The translations under genes and the position numbers were made by a program. DNA of 64,000 nucleotides from Hormiphora californensis (Eukaryota; Animalia; Ctenophora): assembly GCA_020137815.1 (NCBI GenBank), contig CM035356.1, positions 1,116,001 through 1,180,000 on the forward strand, given 5' to 3'. The notes under the pieces were generated by a model. The model saw only the letters and a list, made by a program, of their open reading frames with translations. It was not told the DNA's origin and made no database searches. Positions 60,807 to 64,000 of this stretch are shown here, in pieces; positions within the stretch are counted from its first letter, which is position 1, and every line of letters begins with the position of its first letter.

Positions 60807-61428
60807 ACAACGATTTGTAAACAGACATTAATCAACTATGTTCCATTTTAAGACGAACTATAAGGGATCAAAAGTTGTTTGTTGTAAAGATGAAAGCTCG
60901 TGTCTTTCGACTATTGCATTTTATTCTGTAAGTTTGTGACCAATTTAATAAGTTCACCAAAATTGGTTGTCATCTGCATTTCTATCTATCCTGGTTGACA
61001 ATTATCATGGGGATTGTTCATGAGTGGATAGATAGTGTAGTTAGTATTTCACGGAGAATGGTTAATTGGTTGCATCCGGCGTTTCGGTAAAATCTTACTG
61101 CACTGGTCGATGGAGATCGGTCATGCATTAGATAACAGTCTCACAATCCCTTTCACAATTTTGAGTTGTACCCAATTTCACGAATCAATAAATTGTTCCA
61201 TCACCGTGAGACCGGCGGTGTCCCATTATCCCCCTACAATTTATCAGCCCCCATCAGCATTCAGCCCACTAACTGAGTGGGATGGAAAATTAGAAGAGGT
61301 CAAGGGTATATTGACGAAAAGCAGGTGTGATCAAACAACAAGCTGTCTCTCATTAATGCCGTGAGAATGGGGGTATTTAAAGGGGTCACAATTGCATGGA
61401 AAATGTTGCTGTGGTCATATCGAACATC

Positions 61429-63347
61429 ATGAAGCTGGGTGCTACTTTTCTTTTCCTCCTCTCCGCAGGTAAGAACATGTCCCTTTTTCTGTATATGATG
61501 ATGAAAATCAGCCGCTTTTCCCTCATCTTTATTATAAACACCCGTACTTTTTCCTTGTTTCGACACCTCGCCAAGCCCTAGATGTTATGCGTGAAACATG
61601 TTAAATTACACTATATCAGTTATCAGTTATCACCATAATATTTCGAATTTGTATTTTCAGCCACCGCTACCACTGTTATCTCCGGTAACAATGCCACCAC
61701 TGAAGCTGGCTCCACTCTCTCTCCTGAAAACGTGGAACCCAAACTAGGAGCTGTATCATATAAGCCGGATGACTGGCGAGATAGGATTGAAACTGAGCTG
61801 AAATATAAAACCTACAGATTCCGGCTTCAAGAGGATTTACGACCGTTTGCCAGAATGAAGTTGAGGAAATGCCACAATCGAAGCGGAGGTATGTTTGAAA
61901 CTAAAACCAACACAACTTTTTCAACATGTGCACTGCGCAGTGTACGTTGTTTCTAATTCATTGTAAAGCATCATTTTGTTCTTGTATTGTGCATGAACAT
62001 TGAACAGTGAATACTCATTACACATTAATGATGTTTGCCCCCCCCCCCCCCCCCCCCCCCCGGGGGGGTATCAACCATTTTTGTGTACGGATGTACGGAA
62101 AAAGCAGGCAATATTTTTTTGTACGGTCCGTACAAAAAATACAAAAAAATACAAAAAAATACAAAAAAATACAAAAAAGTTTACTGCTGTCGGGAACTTC
62201 TTTGGTGCCTTCTACAGGTCTCTAGAGGCGCTCGAGGTCCTTCTATTGGCCTTTAAAGGCCTCTAGAGTGTTTATTTAGTTTATTTCACCATTCCCCGTC
62301 CCCACGACTCCTAACTAGAACAAGTCTTACTAACCCGGTGTCCCAGCATATTTTTTGGCCGAGAATGGCCAAAATTTATCCCCATTTTGGCCGATTTTTT
62401 CCCGTGGTCTAAGTTAGTTTGATAATAGTTCAAGATAGTGGAACTTTAATTTAATAGTCTAAAAAACGGTCGAGTTTTTGAAATTAATTGATTTACACTT
62501 AGTGCTATACCAAGTGTTAGTATTTAAAAAGTTTTGAAAAAAATGATCCAGGCGAGTTTCGAACCCGGGTTCTTCTGCGTGTCAAGTATATGCAATAACC
62601 ACTACACCATGGGGGAACTGAATAGACTGCGATTTGAGAGTATATAATCTAGCGCGCGCACAACTGGCCGGGGGAGAGAGGCCGATTCGGCTTTTTCAGT
62701 TTTTCGGCCTGCTTATGCCTCCTTTTTCCAGGCATGAGGGGGAATAAGTAGGCATATTCGGCCGAAAAATGAAATTTCATCAGAAAATAAAGCTTGGGCA
62801 CTATCCCGACATATTTTGCTGTTACCCAACTAGGATTTGGAGCAAGTTCAGGTCTAGAATAACTTAATCATGGTAATGTTCGCATGGAAAAAGCATGGGA
62901 TTATGAGTACTACGAAACTAGAGGGCTATACAGGCCAGTATAAGGACCCCGCAAACCTCTAGAGACTTATAGGGGGCCCTAAAGAAGTTCCCTTCAGCAG
63001 TATATTTTTTTGTATTTTTTTGTATTTTTTTGTATTTTTTGTACGGAAAAAGCAGGGAATTTTGGTTATTTTTTTGTACGGACCGTACAAAAAAATACAA
63101 AAAAATACAAAAAAATAGGTTGGTACCCCCCCCCCCCTCAGGAATGTGTAAACGGCGCAAGGCCCCAATAACGAGCAACTACGTTGAAGATTATATGTCG
63201 ATGCACAAGAAAGTCCTTGCCAAACTGGGAGCATGCAGACTGTCTGTTTGGTTCGCCTGTTCTGTGTGGAAATATGAAGAGGATTCGATCATGCAATGTG
63301 TGTTCAAATGCACGGATCGTTATGGAAATAGACGGCGTTGCTTCTAA
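61429..63347 (+). CDS. Small secreted basic Cys-containing orphan protein (~158 aa, 3 exons)
   Basis: Exons 61429-61468 (MKLGATFLFLLSA, signal peptide), 61661-61888 and 63142-63347; both introns are phase 1 GT-AG and join in frame. Confidence 0.7.
62062..63137. mobile_element. Foldback element with G-run termini and (TACAAAAAAA)n arrays, inserted in a poly-C tract
   Basis: GGGGGGGTATCAACC / GGTTGGTACCCCCC; the arms 62095-62266 and 62918-63085 are inverted. Confidence 0.8.
62544..62616 (-). pseudogene. tRNA-Val(GAC)-like pseudogene / SINE head
   Basis: TGGTGTAGTGGTTATTGCAT..TGACAC..CCGGGTTCGAAACTCG aligns base-for-base in length with tRNA-Val. A and B boxes are intact; acceptor and anticodon stems are broken. 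Confidence 0.7.
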
Positions 63348-63729
63348 GCAGATAATCTTGTGAGGTCGTGAGGTGATTTAGATCCCAGTGTCACGAGCCT
63401 TAAAACCGGACTTTTATGGTCGGGAAGACGCACGTCCGAGAGGTGTGATTTGTTTCCCATTGTATTCAGAAGGCGTGTGTCTGCCCGGGTAGATGCACGC
63501 CTTCCAGTCCCCCAAACTGCCGTGTTAGCACGTGAACTCGAGATGTAATTACATGGTTTGCATTTTTGAAAATCTAAAAACAATTGTTTTTTCCGTCTCT
63601 CAATTATATCAACGCGTGTTACAACTCAAACAGATCAAATACTATACAGCTAACCAGGTTGTCTGAATGGGGTAGTGGTCGGATACTTTCTTGGATAACG
63701 CTTCCGTGAGGTTGAGCCAAATATCAAAC
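63344..63729 (-). CDS. Possible last two exons of an unknown gene extending beyond the window
   Basis: 63655-63729 and 63344-63573 have AG/GT boundaries and join in frame; no recognisable motif. Confidence 0.3.
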
Positions 63730-64000
63730 CTGGTGGAGGGATATGTACAGACTAGTGTTAGGAGTTCATATGAACTTTATCTAATGTTTGAGTAGTTCAT
63801 TCTACGTTCAATAGTTCAAACTATTATGACACTCGGCTGGCAGTTGAATATATTGTCCCCCTATATGGAAATATATGATGATCGGGTGATGCTTTTTATT
63901 TAAAACTAAAATCTAGTGGCGAGCTGTTACCTGTCAACTTTGGTGTCAGTAAAGCTAGCAGAACCACGGGAAATAAATCGATCATACGCACAATCCGTTT

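Overview
Eukaryotic (metazoan) genomic DNA with GT-AG introns, abundant (AG)n microsatellites and many non-autonomous DNA transposons. The repeat families and gene layout resemble a cydippid ctenophore such as Pleurobrachia; this is from recall and not verified. Genes reconstructed by hand from splice sites and conserved motifs: PDCD4 (-), PP2A B56 regulatory subunit (-), a secreted 3xSRCR protein (-), MIER (+), IFT43 (-), a pseudo-J/TPR/UBA/RRM/CCCH TTC31-like protein (-), an MBD5/6-like protein (-), HAUS3 (+) and a small secreted Cys-containing orphan (+). Several clear genes carry single-base frameshifts and two blocks are homopolymer-garbled, so the assembly is probably under-polished. Best novelty candidate: a gene nested antisense in a PDCD4 intron that encodes a signal peptide followed by about 69 tandem copies of GVEDRRRRRR, with every within-array variant synonymous in that frame. 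It looks like a secreted poly-arginine peptide precursor. Also notable: minisatellites made of tandem copies of real 5' splice donors in two unrelated genes, nested foldback elements with phased A-tracts and tRNA-like cores, and a degenerate minimal hammerhead-like motif.
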